Virus record (IMG/VR): IMGVR_UViG_3300016675_000235
Span: 1-44,202 of that record
Length of the DNA: 44,202 nucleotides
Reading direction: 5' to 3' (one strand)
Source: a virus
Taxonomy: Duplodnaviria; Caudoviricetes
Every line of letters starts with the position of its first letter. Position 1 is the stretch's first letter. The notes beneath the pieces were generated by a model that saw nothing but the letters and a program-made list of their open reading frames with translations, ran no database searches and had not been told where the DNA came from. The position numbers and the translations under genes are program-made. Of this stretch, positions 1-7,955 are shown piece after piece.

Positions 1-1
1 G

Positions 2-565
2 TTAGCCCTTCAACTCCCCGTTGATCTGCTGGTAAATATTGACCTGGGTGGTCTGCTGCGGTGCTTCCTGCCGTCGGTTGATCAATCCACTGATCTCGGC
101 CAGCGTAAGCAATGCCTTCTCCGACTGTTTGAGCTTAAACCGCTTTTTGGTCACTGTACCGGCTCCTTCCTGGATGCTGACCGTCTCGACCTCAACCTGC
201 GCCAAAGCTCCGTGGTGGCGCTCGTCTATCTCCTCGGGGCTCTTAAGGTCCCAATCTTCGTTTACAAGGTCCTTTAAATCCGCGAAGGCTATATCGGCTA
301 ATCTTTTAAGTATCCGCTCTTGGGTAATGCCAAGGGCTTCGAGTATGGGAGCTGTCTTGTTCGCTAGATACTTTTGGACGCTAGACTTTGCTAGGATTTC
401 GGGCGCAGTTGAATTTGCCGATCTTTCACTATATCCCGCCTTGATAGCCGCCTGGGTTGCGTTCCTATTCGAATCACCTAAATAATACTCACAAAACATG
501 ATTTCACGTTCGGAAAGCCTTATTTCCTCACCTGATCGCAGCTTTATTGTCTGAAACTTTGCCAT
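2..565 (-). CDS. terS: Terminase small subunit
   Basis: N-terminal HTH motif FCEYYL..NATQAAIKAGYSERSA..EIL..VQKYL typical of Terminase_2 family, followed by ERILKRLADIAFAD. Confidence 0.9.
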   Translation of the reverse strand: MAKFQTIKLRSGEEIRLSEREIMFCEYYLGDSNRNATQAAIKAGYSERSANSTAPEILAKSSVQKYLANKTAPILEALGITQERILKRLADIAFADLKDLVNEDWDLKSPEEIDERHHGALAQVEVETVSIQEGAGTVTKKRFKLKQSEKALLTLAEISGLINRRQEAPQQTTQVNIYQQINGELKG

Positions 566-612
566 ATCGTAAAAATAAACATTGTTTTTGGAATAAAAAA
601 GTTTAAAAATTA

Positions 613-644
613 TTTGGATTTAATTATTACCCATGGTAATATTG
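613..644 (+). promoter_or_regulatory. Bacteroidota-type sigmaA promoter with overlapping palindromic operator
   Basis: TTTG (613-616), 20-nt spacer, TAATATTG (637-644; one mismatch to TAnnTTTG); perfect inverted repeat TATTACC-CAT-GGTAATA at 625-641. Confidence 0.55.
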
Positions 645-652
645 TATCAGAT

Positions 653-662
653 AACAGGACAA
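653..662 (+). repeat. AACAGGACAA motif copy in 5' leader of early operon
   Basis: Exact 10-mer just downstream of the predicted promoter, 36 nt before ATG 699. Confidence 0.7.
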
Positions 663-698
663 ACCCACGGATAGGGGGAAAACTAAACAAATAACACA

Positions 699-932
699 AT
701 GGACTATCTTCAAAAAATTATCATTGAAAATGAATCTTCAAGAGAAGAAATCAAAGAAATAATTGATGCAAGGGCTGAAGAGTGGGAAACCACTGCCGAT
801 ATTGATGATGATGGAACCGTGTCATTCAATTGGAGCCAAGATCAATTAGACCTGGATTTTCACCACAACGAAGAGGAAATAGTTGAATCAATCATATCTG
901 ATTTGAAGTCAATACTTCCTGACTTGTTTTAA
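699..932 (+). CDS. Small, highly acidic hypothetical protein
   Basis: 77 aa ORF, A-rich leader typical of Bacteroidota, first gene after promoter; D/E rich. Confidence 0.7.
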   Translation: MDYLQKIIIENESSREEIKEIIDARAEEWETTADIDDDGTVSFNWSQDQLDLDFHHNEEEIVESIISDLKSILPDLF

Positions 933-977
933 GATCACTGACCACAAAAAATCATTAACACTTAACCAATAGAAATT

Positions 978-1178
978 ATGAAAACTCAACTTGAAAAAAT
1001 CAAAGAAAGCAAAAAAGGAATGTCAGTTGATTTTTACATAGCTGCGTTCAAAGACGGTTCGGTTAGCGAACCAATATCCATGCAGTCTGTACCAAGTCCA
1101 CTAGAGGGTGATTACGTCCGTATTTTCAAAAAAGATACGGAGGCGGAATTAAATGCAAAGTTAGGATCAATGCTATAA
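978..1178 (+). CDS. Hypothetical protein
   Basis: 66 aa ORF with A-rich leader, MKT start, co-oriented in operon. Confidence 0.7.
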   Translation: MKTQLEKIKESKKGMSVDFYIAAFKDGSVSEPISMQSVPSPLEGDYVRIFKKDTEAELNAKLGSML

Positions 1179-1194
1179 TAACCAACCACGAAAC

Positions 1195-1204
1195 AACAGG
1201 ACAA
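1195..1204 (+). repeat. AACAGGACAA motif copy abutting ATG 1204
   Basis: AACAACAGGACAATG; the last A of the motif is the A of ATG. Confidence 0.85.
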
Positions 1205-1677
1205 TGGAAACGACAATAGAATTGACATCGGAATTGAAAGCGTTCATCGAGCGCAACGGGTATTTTTACGGCCTTGATTACAACTTCTCGGGGCTCAAAC
1301 CTATTTGGAAAGAGCCATCCCAGAGGATCATTGAAAAGGCATCCAAGGATTTGGCCTTGTTTGAGGAGCGCCAAAAGGCAATCGAAGCAAGGACCGCTAT
1401 TTCGGAGGGCGACTTCATCATCCGTAAGGACGGCAGCATGGAGCGTATTTCCGTGGCCTCCCATGGTTGGGTTCAGGCTGGGAAAAGCAATGGATCCATC
1501 TACATAAACAAAAACGGCCACGGGTCATTTTCAGGTTCCTGCGGGGATTCAATCAAGGCATACGAGCCGACCAATGACACTGCGCCTGGGATTTGCTGGA
1601 TATTTTCGGGGGATAGTGCCGGTGCCCATCGTGCCGTTTACAGTAAGTTGAACTTCAAAATTTGGAAAGAATCATGA
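1204..1677 (+). CDS. Hypothetical protein (possibly DUF4121-like)
   Basis: 157 aa ORF; C-terminal SFSGS..CWIF..AGAHRAV..FKIW pattern; family call tentative. Confidence 0.7.
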   Translation: METTIELTSELKAFIERNGYFYGLDYNFSGLKPIWKEPSQRIIEKASKDLALFEERQKAIEARTAISEGDFIIRKDGSMERISVASHGWVQAGKSNGSIYINKNGHGSFSGSCGDSIKAYEPTNDTAPGICWIFSGDSAGAHRAVYSKLNFKIWKES

Positions 1678-1769
1678 AAACACTGCAATACATTCTGATA
1701 GGGGCTATGGTAGCCCTTATCATCTTCACCGGAATCAATATGATAATCGTTAACCCATTGATAGGATGA
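1674..1769 (+). CDS. 31-aa single-TM membrane peptide (not in ORF track)
   Basis: MKTLQYILIGAMVALIIFTGINMIIVNPLIG; ATGA overlaps with both neighbours. Confidence 0.7.
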   Translation: MKTLQYILIGAMVALIIFTGINMIIVNPLIG

Positions 1770-1960
1770 ACACCGAACTTTCAAACCTGGACAGGCTATT
1801 CCTAGAGAAGGCCATCAAAGACACTCCGACCTTAAAGGTTGGGGTGTCGGTCCCCAAAAGCATGAACAAGGGATTCTCTGACCTGCCTTTGTTTGAGCAA
1901 AAATCTAGGCAAACCGATCTATTCACCTTAGCCAATGAATCAAATGGTGATAGGAAGTAG
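1766..1960 (+). CDS. Hypothetical protein
   Basis: 64 aa, ATGA coupling to upstream peptide. Confidence 0.6.
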   Translation: MNTELSNLDRLFLEKAIKDTPTLKVGVSVPKSMNKGFSDLPLFEQKSRQTDLFTLANESNGDRK

Positions 1961-2168
1961 GAACGTCAGGGCCATTGCGGGCACGATAGCGAACCGCAGG
2001 AAGTCTCTAGGGATGACTCAATCGCAGTTGTCCGAACGGTCAGGTATAAGCCAGGGAATGATATCCATGATTGAGTCGGGGACCAAGCGCCCGGCTATCG
2101 GTATGCTTGTGTCGATCCTGGAAGCTTTGGAGCTTGTATTGAAGATTGAGGAAAATAAAAAGTCTTGA
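1935..2168 (+). CDS. XRE/Cro-family HTH transcriptional regulator
   Basis: IANRRKSLGMTQSQLSERSGISQGMISMIESGTKRP..L..ILEALEL, canonical HTH_3 pattern. Confidence 0.9.
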   Translation: MNQMVIGSRNVRAIAGTIANRRKSLGMTQSQLSERSGISQGMISMIESGTKRPAIGMLVSILEALELVLKIEENKKS

Positions 2169-2185
2169 TTTTGGATTAAGGAGTG

Positions 2186-2219
2186 AAAATCCCCGCAGTA
2201 AGCCTGCGGGGATTTTTTT
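2186..2219. terminator. Bidirectional intrinsic terminator
   Basis: AAAATCCCCGCAG-TAAGC-CTGCGGGGATTTTTTT between convergent genes. Confidence 0.85.
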
Positions 2220-2682
2220 ATGGTCTGTTAGTCCAATCTACTTTTCTCATTTTCCTGCTAGGGATAAACAGCCTGAGCCATGGGTAATCCAAGATAACCA
2301 CTCGGTTCCCGATTTTCCCGAAATTACTCATTTTCAGGTCCGAAAACAGGGAGGGGACGTGAGAAGGTAGCTCCTCGATTGATTTAATCGGTTTGGCCCG
2401 TTTCTGGATCAGGACTTGAGATGTCTCGTTGATCCTGACACAAGGACAAAGCCATGGTGATAGATAGTCCCAAAACCTGTTGTCGCACCAATTTCGGTAC
2501 TCGCAGGCGTTGCAGAACTGTCCGGTACTCATGTCCCGCTCAATCTTTACCACGTAGTTCTTATTTCCCTTCAATTCATATACGTCCCTGTAAGTGCCTT
2601 GGGCAATAAGTTCGCCGCAGATATTCTTGATTGTGGTTTGGATGTCGTTGTCAAGGTGTTTGGATACTTCTGATAGTTTCAC
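2218..2682 (-). CDS. Minimal protein-kinase-fold protein
   Basis: Gly-loop-like IAQGTYRDVY, VVKIE lysine, catalytic loop DLKMSN, DFG-like LDYP in the correct order. Confidence 0.65.
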   Translation of the reverse strand: MKLSEVSKHLDNDIQTTIKNICGELIAQGTYRDVYELKGNKNYVVKIERDMSTGQFCNACEYRNWCDNRFWDYLSPWLCPCVRINETSQVLIQKRAKPIKSIEELPSHVPSLFSDLKMSNFGKIGNRVVILDYPWLRLFIPSRKMRKVDWTNRP

Positions 2683-3097
2683 GGGTATTTGTGTTTATGC
2701 TGATTATTCGTTCAATAGCTGATTTGACATAATTCTCTTTGTTTACATTACCCATGCAACTTGCGGGGTGGGGTAACTTGACAATCCTTGCGTTTGTAAG
2801 CAAGAAATTTTTCTGCACCCAATTCCCGAGCAAGACAATTATATCATCTTCATTTGGTTCATACTTAGAGTTCCAAGTTAAATTACTAGACCAGATTTCC
2901 TTTTTATCATTAGGTAAATACTCAACCTCACACAGGTTTGATTTAATCGAATGACAAGGCAGTTGCTTAATTATTAGGTCAATCATTTTACCGGACATTG
3001 TTTTACTGTCCAGTGGCTTCATGCCGGGCTTATTGTGCATACCGACAAAAAATACCTTTCGATGATTAATTGTTGGTTTTTGTTCAGTTGTTATCAC
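2651..3097 (-). CDS. Uracil-DNA glycosylase superfamily-like protein
   Basis: VFFVG..KP, SGKMID, IIVLLG, KLPHPAS motifs in UDG-fold order. Confidence 0.6.
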   Translation of the reverse strand: MITTEQKPTINHRKVFFVGMHNKPGMKPLDSKTMSGKMIDLIIKQLPCHSIKSNLCEVEYLPNDKKEIWSSNLTWNSKYEPNEDDIIVLLGNWVQKNFLLTNARIVKLPHPASCMGNVNKENYVKSAIERIISINTNTRETIRSIQTP

Positions 3098-3630
3098 GGC
3101 GAAATGTGTTTGTGTTGATTATCGCAATTATCTTTGATCTTCCCGGTTTTGGATGTGTTACGGCACCAAGCGCAGTATTTACCATGCTCGGATTTGACTT
3201 CGGCGCAGAATTTATCCGATTGTCTTTTTTTATTGTATTGCTCAAAGTAGAACCTCCCATCAAACGGTTTGTCGGGTGTAATCCCGAAATATGCAGCTAT
3301 CCTCAATAGGCTTTTCTTGTGATTGATCGTACTCGGTACAGTCGGATTTTTCGGAAGTTTTGCCAATCGCTCGTGAAGTCCGCCAAGTAACCAAGTTCGG
3401 AACAGATGGAGAGAAAGGCTTGACTTGTAATTGTTGATAGCTCTTTGACATGGCACCATGTTGTCGATCCTGTGCGCATCGGGAAACATTGGTTCTTTGG
3501 TCCATGAGCACCTAATCAATGGTTCAATATGATCTACCTGCCAATCGTCCTCCAAATCCGTTCCTGAATAGGCACATTTTCCGCCAAACTTCATACGGAT
3601 CATTTCACGGTCTTTTTTGGATATTCTCAT
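3094..3630 (-). CDS. HNH endonuclease-like protein
   Basis: GGKCAYSG..WQVDHIEP..NMVPCQRAINNYKS. Confidence 0.8.
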   Translation of the reverse strand: MRISKKDREMIRMKFGGKCAYSGTDLEDDWQVDHIEPLIRCSWTKEPMFPDAHRIDNMVPCQRAINNYKSSLSLHLFRTWLLGGLHERLAKLPKNPTVPSTINHKKSLLRIAAYFGITPDKPFDGRFYFEQYNKKRQSDKFCAEVKSEHGKYCAWCRNTSKTGKIKDNCDNQHKHISP

Positions 3631-3866
3631 ATCGTTTTCTTGACATCAGGAACTTGATCTATCTCGATGGTCTGAGTTGCTCTTACGCATTTGTAGCCGT
3701 AGTTTTTCTTGAAGAACTGCATTGTTTCATTGGTGTGCTTAAGGAATGCCTTTATACTTTCACTTTTCGTCCTCTTAAAAGACCACCAAATAAAAAGAGC
3801 GTCTTTTTTCTTTCGGTTAGGATGACTCTCAGTCATTACTACCCAGCCTTTGACTTGTGTTTTCAT
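3627..3866 (-). CDS. Hypothetical protein
   Basis: Likely ATG at 3866 (MKTQVKGW); stop overlaps the next ATG (ATGA). Confidence 0.6.
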   Translation of the reverse strand: MKTQVKGWVVMTESHPNRKKKDALFIWWSFKRTKSESIKAFLKHTNETMQFFKKNYGYKCVRATQTIEIDQVPDVKKTI

Positions 3867-4404
3867 GGTTCTGGTATATAGGATCATTCCAAGCAATAAT
3901 CTGCCCGACAAACGGGCTCGGATACTTAAACCATGAATTGAAATCCTCCACAGTCAATCCATCATTTTTGGAGACTTGCTCAATGTCGGTATCATACCCA
4001 TCTACAAGTAAAGGCCATTCTATCCCCTGCGGCATTGTGTTGTGAAAAACTTCAAAGTCATAACACTTAACTTTTAGAGGCGGGCATATCTTGATCTGAG
4101 GGCTTGCGTAAGGTTTCCCGGACCATACCGCAAGTTGGATTTCTTCACCTGTCTCGAAGTGGTGCCCGGCTCGGATGGTGTGGTGTTTTTCCTCGTATTC
4201 CTTTTCCCAACCGATCGACAAGTAGAATGAAAGGATCATTTCCTTGTCTTTGCCTGAATTCAACTTGACAAGCATCTCCAAGTACTCCTCAGAATAGCAA
4301 TCGATCAAGAGTGAATTCAGAACCTTTTCTACAAAGTAGGTTTGCTCCCCGTGCCTGATGTGGCCTTTCGGGAATCGTTTCGATAGTGTGCGGACTTTAG
4401 GCAT
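3829..4404 (-). CDS. ASCH/PUA-like domain protein
   Basis: KHHTIR..GEEIQL..WSGKPY and NDGLTVEDFNSWF..GQIIAW motifs. Confidence 0.6.
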   Translation of the reverse strand: MPKVRTLSKRFPKGHIRHGEQTYFVEKVLNSLLIDCYSEEYLEMLVKLNSGKDKEMILSFYLSIGWEKEYEEKHHTIRAGHHFETGEEIQLAVWSGKPYASPQIKICPPLKVKCYDFEVFHNTMPQGIEWPLLVDGYDTDIEQVSKNDGLTVEDFNSWFKYPSPFVGQIIAWNDPIYQNHENTSQRLGSND

Positions 4405-4801
4405 TGTTTGAATTTTTTAATAATTCTGAAACCCTTTGAATTAGCTTGTCTCTCTCAATCTTTAGTAGCAAATACTTTTTCTTGAAATTACTCTTTGAGC
4501 CTTTTGCCTCGGACGGATCAAGTATTCCGGCATTCTGTACCAATTTTTCGATCATGTTGGCTTGCTGCTGAATTTTCTCCTTTTTTTCTTCAAGTTTTTG
4601 TTCTAGTCTAACTACTTGGTGCTTTGCCTCGTCACGTTCAGATGTCAGCATGCCGATTTCTATTTCAAGACGCTTGATTTGGGATTTCAATAACAGATTG
4701 ACGAAAAACGGGTCCTTATTGAAAGGTTCATCCTCTCCGTTTTCTGATGGCTTTTTTATTGTTGATTCCCTATCCATTCTGCGCTTGTTTAAATTTATCA
4801 A
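4397..4801 (-). CDS. Coiled-coil hypothetical protein
   Basis: 134 aa with heptad-rich central region; start uncertain. Confidence 0.6.
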   Translation of the reverse strand: MINLNKRRMDRESTIKKPSENGEDEPFNKDPFFVNLLLKSQIKRLEIEIGMLTSERDEAKHQVVRLEQKLEEKKEKIQQQANMIEKLVQNAGILDPSEAKGSKSNFKKKYLLLKIERDKLIQRVSELLKNSNNA

Positions 4802-5597
4802 TCACCAATCCTTGCTCGAAGTATTCTTGCTCAAAAGGCCAGAAGTGCCATGTAAAAAGCTTTTCCACCATGTCAAATGGAATTCTTTTTAGTTTCATAT
4901 CTCGTATCAAAAGAATCATTGGTTTTTTGTTTTTCTCACCACTCCAATCAAGACTCCTTCTTTTCCCCAACTCTTCAATCGGCACAAACCCCAACTCGGG
5001 GATGAATTTGTCCAAGTCGGATAATTTGAATGCGTAGATTTGAAACCTTTCTTTCCAATATCTTACTGATTTTACTAAATTCTCAATCTGACCGTTTTCA
5101 TATTGAATCCTATAATTGTTTTGGTCTATAATTATCTTACCATTTCCAACAGGGGTTTTGATAATTAATTCATGAGCAATGTAATTATTTAACTTACTCA
5201 TGAAATCCGACAACTCTATGAATGAACTACGCTTTTTAGATAGTCCTTCATTCCATGCGTGCCTAACATTTTCTCCACTTGTGGCCCATTCTAGGTTTTC
5301 AATCCTATTATCTGTTTTGATTCCGTTGATATGGTTTATTTGCGGTTTGTTTTCTGGATTCGGTATAAATGCAATAGCTAGCAGTCTATGGACTTTCACT
5401 ATCTTTCTGTTTTTAGGGGAGATGACTATACTTACAGCCGGATATCCGTTTGCAATAAATTGATGCATAATAATCCCCTTTTTAATAGCGTGCCCCGACA
5501 CATGTTTCACTTTTTTATCTAAACTTCTGACTCTGCCAAAATTAGATATTTCGTAATTTTCACTTAAATAAGTTTTCGCCCAAATTTCATTTTCCAT
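4770..5597 (-). CDS. NUMOD4-HNH endonuclease fused to a conserved phage protein domain
   Basis: EIW..YEISNFGRVRS (NUMOD4); VHRLLAIAFIPNPENKPQINHINGIKTDNRIENLEW (HNH_3); unrelated C-terminal half (KLSDL..FVPIEEL..KLFTWHF). Confidence 0.85.
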   Translation of the reverse strand: MENEIWAKTYLSENYEISNFGRVRSLDKKVKHVSGHAIKKGIIMHQFIANGYPAVSIVISPKNRKIVKVHRLLAIAFIPNPENKPQINHINGIKTDNRIENLEWATSGENVRHAWNEGLSKKRSSFIELSDFMSKLNNYIAHELIIKTPVGNGKIIIDQNNYRIQYENGQIENLVKSVRYWKERFQIYAFKLSDLDKFIPELGFVPIEELGKRRSLDWSGEKNKKPMILLIRDMKLKRIPFDMVEKLFTWHFWPFEQEYFEQGLVIDKFKQAQNG

Positions 5598-5645
5598 AGT
5601 TTTATATTTTATGACGCATAAATATAAGAAAACTTATTGAATATA

Positions 5646-5702
5646 CTACCCCGTCCCCAAATAGTTTTTGAGGTGTTCGATCGTAATTTTCAAGTCGCTT
5701 AT
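5646..5702 (-). pseudogene. Remnant 5' end of a displaced phage gene
   Basis: Reads (ATA)SDLKITIEHLKNYLGTG-stop directly after the YopX stop; resembles the N-terminus of the domain fused to the downstream HNH. Confidence 0.4.
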
Positions 5703-6043
5703 GGTTTCGTTATTAAATTTTCGTTCTCAAAAACATTCCCGATGATCTTACCGATATCATCATCGTGACCCGACATCAACGCAAGTTGTATTTGGCACAA
5801 ACCGGAAACAACTTCATTCCCGTATCCAGCATGGTAATACACGTCGCCATCGAAGTATTTGCCATGCTCGTTCTCATGGCGAAGTTGACCAATTGTCTCA
5901 GGAATACAACCAACATAACACATTCCAATCAGCACTTGATTTGATTGGTCAACGATCATATGGTTATCTCCGATCTTGACGTAGCTGCCGTAAATCCACC
6001 TATTTTCGAATCGGGGCTGACCTCTGAATAATATCTCTCTCAT
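5699..6043 (-). CDS. yopX: YopX family protein
   Basis: MREILFRG..WIYGS..PETIGQ..GD..IIGNVFEN. Confidence 0.85.
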   Translation of the reverse strand: MREILFRGQPRFENRWIYGSYVKIGDNHMIVDQSNQVLIGMCYVGCIPETIGQLRHENEHGKYFDGDVYYHAGYGNEVVSGLCQIQLALMSGHDDDIGKIIGNVFENENLITKP

Positions 6044-6696
6044 GGCTGATCGTCGTTTAGAATGTCCTCGATTACCTTTGCGATGCGGTCTCTATTCCTG
6101 TCCAAAGAATCCATAAAAACGTCAAACGGAACATCTTTGGGGCATCCGGCAGGAGTAGAGTTGTACACTTCTACTCTGGCATAGTTTTTCTCCTTCCTTG
6201 ACGGATTGTTCAGAACCTCGATTGTGATATCGTACTTGTACTTATCCTCTAACTCGACTCTAACAGTTTTCCCCATGTTAGAGGCAAGGTTTTTAAGCTC
6301 TGCGAGTTTTCGTTCATCCTCGTGTTCCCAATTGAAATCGTCTGATTTCGGATTTCCTATTCCAGAAAAAAGACCGTTCTTCGGCTCGAACGCCTTGTGT
6401 TGGTTCTTTGCGATTTCTTCGATTGCTGCTTTCGTGGTTTCGTTTAAATCTTTGTCCCGCTTTTCCCTCCATTCCCTATACTCTCTCAGAAAGTCGGTTA
6501 CGGATATTTCAGCCCCAAGCCAATCTGAGGTGTCCCAAGTGTTTGCCTCAATGTCCTTGTGGTAGAATTTTGAATCTGAATAATTTGGAGGAGGAACGTG
6601 CGGCCAAACTATCATACACGCCTCTTGTAATTGGGCACGGGTTCCGTTGTTTAGTAGTGCCATTTCCCCTTCCCTGATTCTTTTCAATAGCTCCAT
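6040..6696 (-). CDS. Hypothetical protein
   Basis: 218 aa ORF, ATGA coupling to yopX, preceded by AACAGGACAA motif. Confidence 0.75.
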   Translation of the reverse strand: MELLKRIREGEMALLNNGTRAQLQEACMIVWPHVPPPNYSDSKFYHKDIEANTWDTSDWLGAEISVTDFLREYREWREKRDKDLNETTKAAIEEIAKNQHKAFEPKNGLFSGIGNPKSDDFNWEHEDERKLAELKNLASNMGKTVRVELEDKYKYDITIEVLNNPSRKEKNYARVEVYNSTPAGCPKDVPFDVFMDSLDRNRDRIAKVIEDILNDDQP

Positions 6697-6698
6697 AA

Positions 6699-6708
6699 TT
6701 GTCCTGTT
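6699..6708 (-). repeat. AACAGGACAA motif copy before ATG 6696
   Basis: Minus strand AAAAACAGGACAATTATG. Confidence 0.85.
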
Positions 6709-6817
6709 TTTGCCCTAATATAGTGATTTTTTTGCTGTTAAATTACTGTTTGTTTTTTAAGTTTTCAAATTTTTGGATCGCACTGAAGATTTGATATACG
6801 AATTATTGTTTTTTTTA

Positions 6818-7255
6818 TTAGCCCGTTTCATTTAATGCCTTATTGTTCTTGTGCCATTCGTGGTGGCAAGGTTGGCATAACCAACGGATATCAAGTGGTT
6901 TATTGTAGTCATCATGATGGGCTTGTATTGATGACCGCCCATCTTTGAATGAATCAGTTGATTCACATTGTGAGCATTTATGTGGATTATTCAATACCCC
7001 CCTTTTAATAGCTTTCTCCACAAGTTTGCGCGCCCTGTTCTTTTTACCATTATCAGGCACACATCCACGGTGGAAATGATTGTCCTCACCAAATCGGAGA
7101 TTATCCCTGAATATACAGCCCCTACGGGACAGGATTTTGTGCATTGCCTGGCGGCTAATTTCATAAAATTCAGCACAATCTTGAATTGACATGCCTAATT
7201 CGTATAGGCTCACAGCATTGTCGTACTTAGTTGATTTTGGTTGTCCCATTGTCAT
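6818..7255 (-). CDS. HTH plus HNH-like endonuclease
   Basis: LYELGMSIQDCAEFYEISRQAM (HTH); CSQC..AHHDDYNKPLDIRWLCQPCHHEWH; start probably 7255 or 7249. Confidence 0.75.
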   Translation of the reverse strand: MTMGQPKSTKYDNAVSLYELGMSIQDCAEFYEISRQAMHKILSRRGCIFRDNLRFGEDNHFHRGCVPDNGKKNRARKLVEKAIKRGVLNNPHKCSQCESTDSFKDGRSSIQAHHDDYNKPLDIRWLCQPCHHEWHKNNKALNETG

Positions 7256-7316
7256 AGCGTATTTCCCGCCAAGATACAATAGGTTGCTGTAATTGCCAAC
7301 TGTTAAATTATGCATA

Positions 7317-7955
7317 TCAAATCATTTTTGATAGGTCGGTCCCTTTTTTGATACAGTCAAGGATAAACAGCTTCCATATTTTGTTGCGGACGGAGGCTTT
7401 TAGCTCTGATTCCCCAAAAAACGGCCTGTCCAGCCTCAGCATCTTTTTTTGTTGGTCGGTGACAAAATCAAGGTTGTACCTGGATTCAACCAATACTCCC
7501 TTGTCAACCATCTTGTTGTACCAATACGGCGCCCATTCATCCAGGTCCGGGACATTTCCCGATTTCGATTTTTCCCAATTGGCTTTGAACCTCTGCTTGC
7601 CCATTTCGATCCAATATTCCTTCTCCTCCTGGCTTACTTCTGATTCCTTCTCGATCGGCTGCAGCTCCAAAAGAATCTGCCGCTTGTTCGACTCGTGGTA
7701 CCTGTTGATCCATTGGGTAAGAGTCCGCTCGTTCAGTCCGTAGAATTCGCCGTAGTTTCCCCTCAGCCCGTGGTTCAAAATGTATTCAAGTCTTTTTTCG
7801 TTTAACCACTTGTATGACTTGATCCCCTCGTACAGGCAGTCGATAAGCCTTTGCTTGTCCTCTTTTGAATACTCCCTGAACTGTTTCAGTCCAGCGATAA
7901 ATTCAAGGTTGTTGCAAGCCTCGAAGATGATTTCTTTTTTTGTCCTGGTTTTCAT
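7317..7955 (-). CDS. Hypothetical protein, possible replication partner (helicase-loader position)
   Basis: 212 aa, ATG overlaps stop of putative initiator; function inferred from position only. Confidence 0.65.
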   Translation of the reverse strand: MKTRTKKEIIFEACNNLEFIAGLKQFREYSKEDKQRLIDCLYEGIKSYKWLNEKRLEYILNHGLRGNYGEFYGLNERTLTQWINRYHESNKRQILLELQPIEKESEVSQEEKEYWIEMGKQRFKANWEKSKSGNVPDLDEWAPYWYNKMVDKGVLVESRYNLDFVTDQQKKMLRLDRPFFGESELKASVRNKIWKLFILDCIKKGTDLSKMI

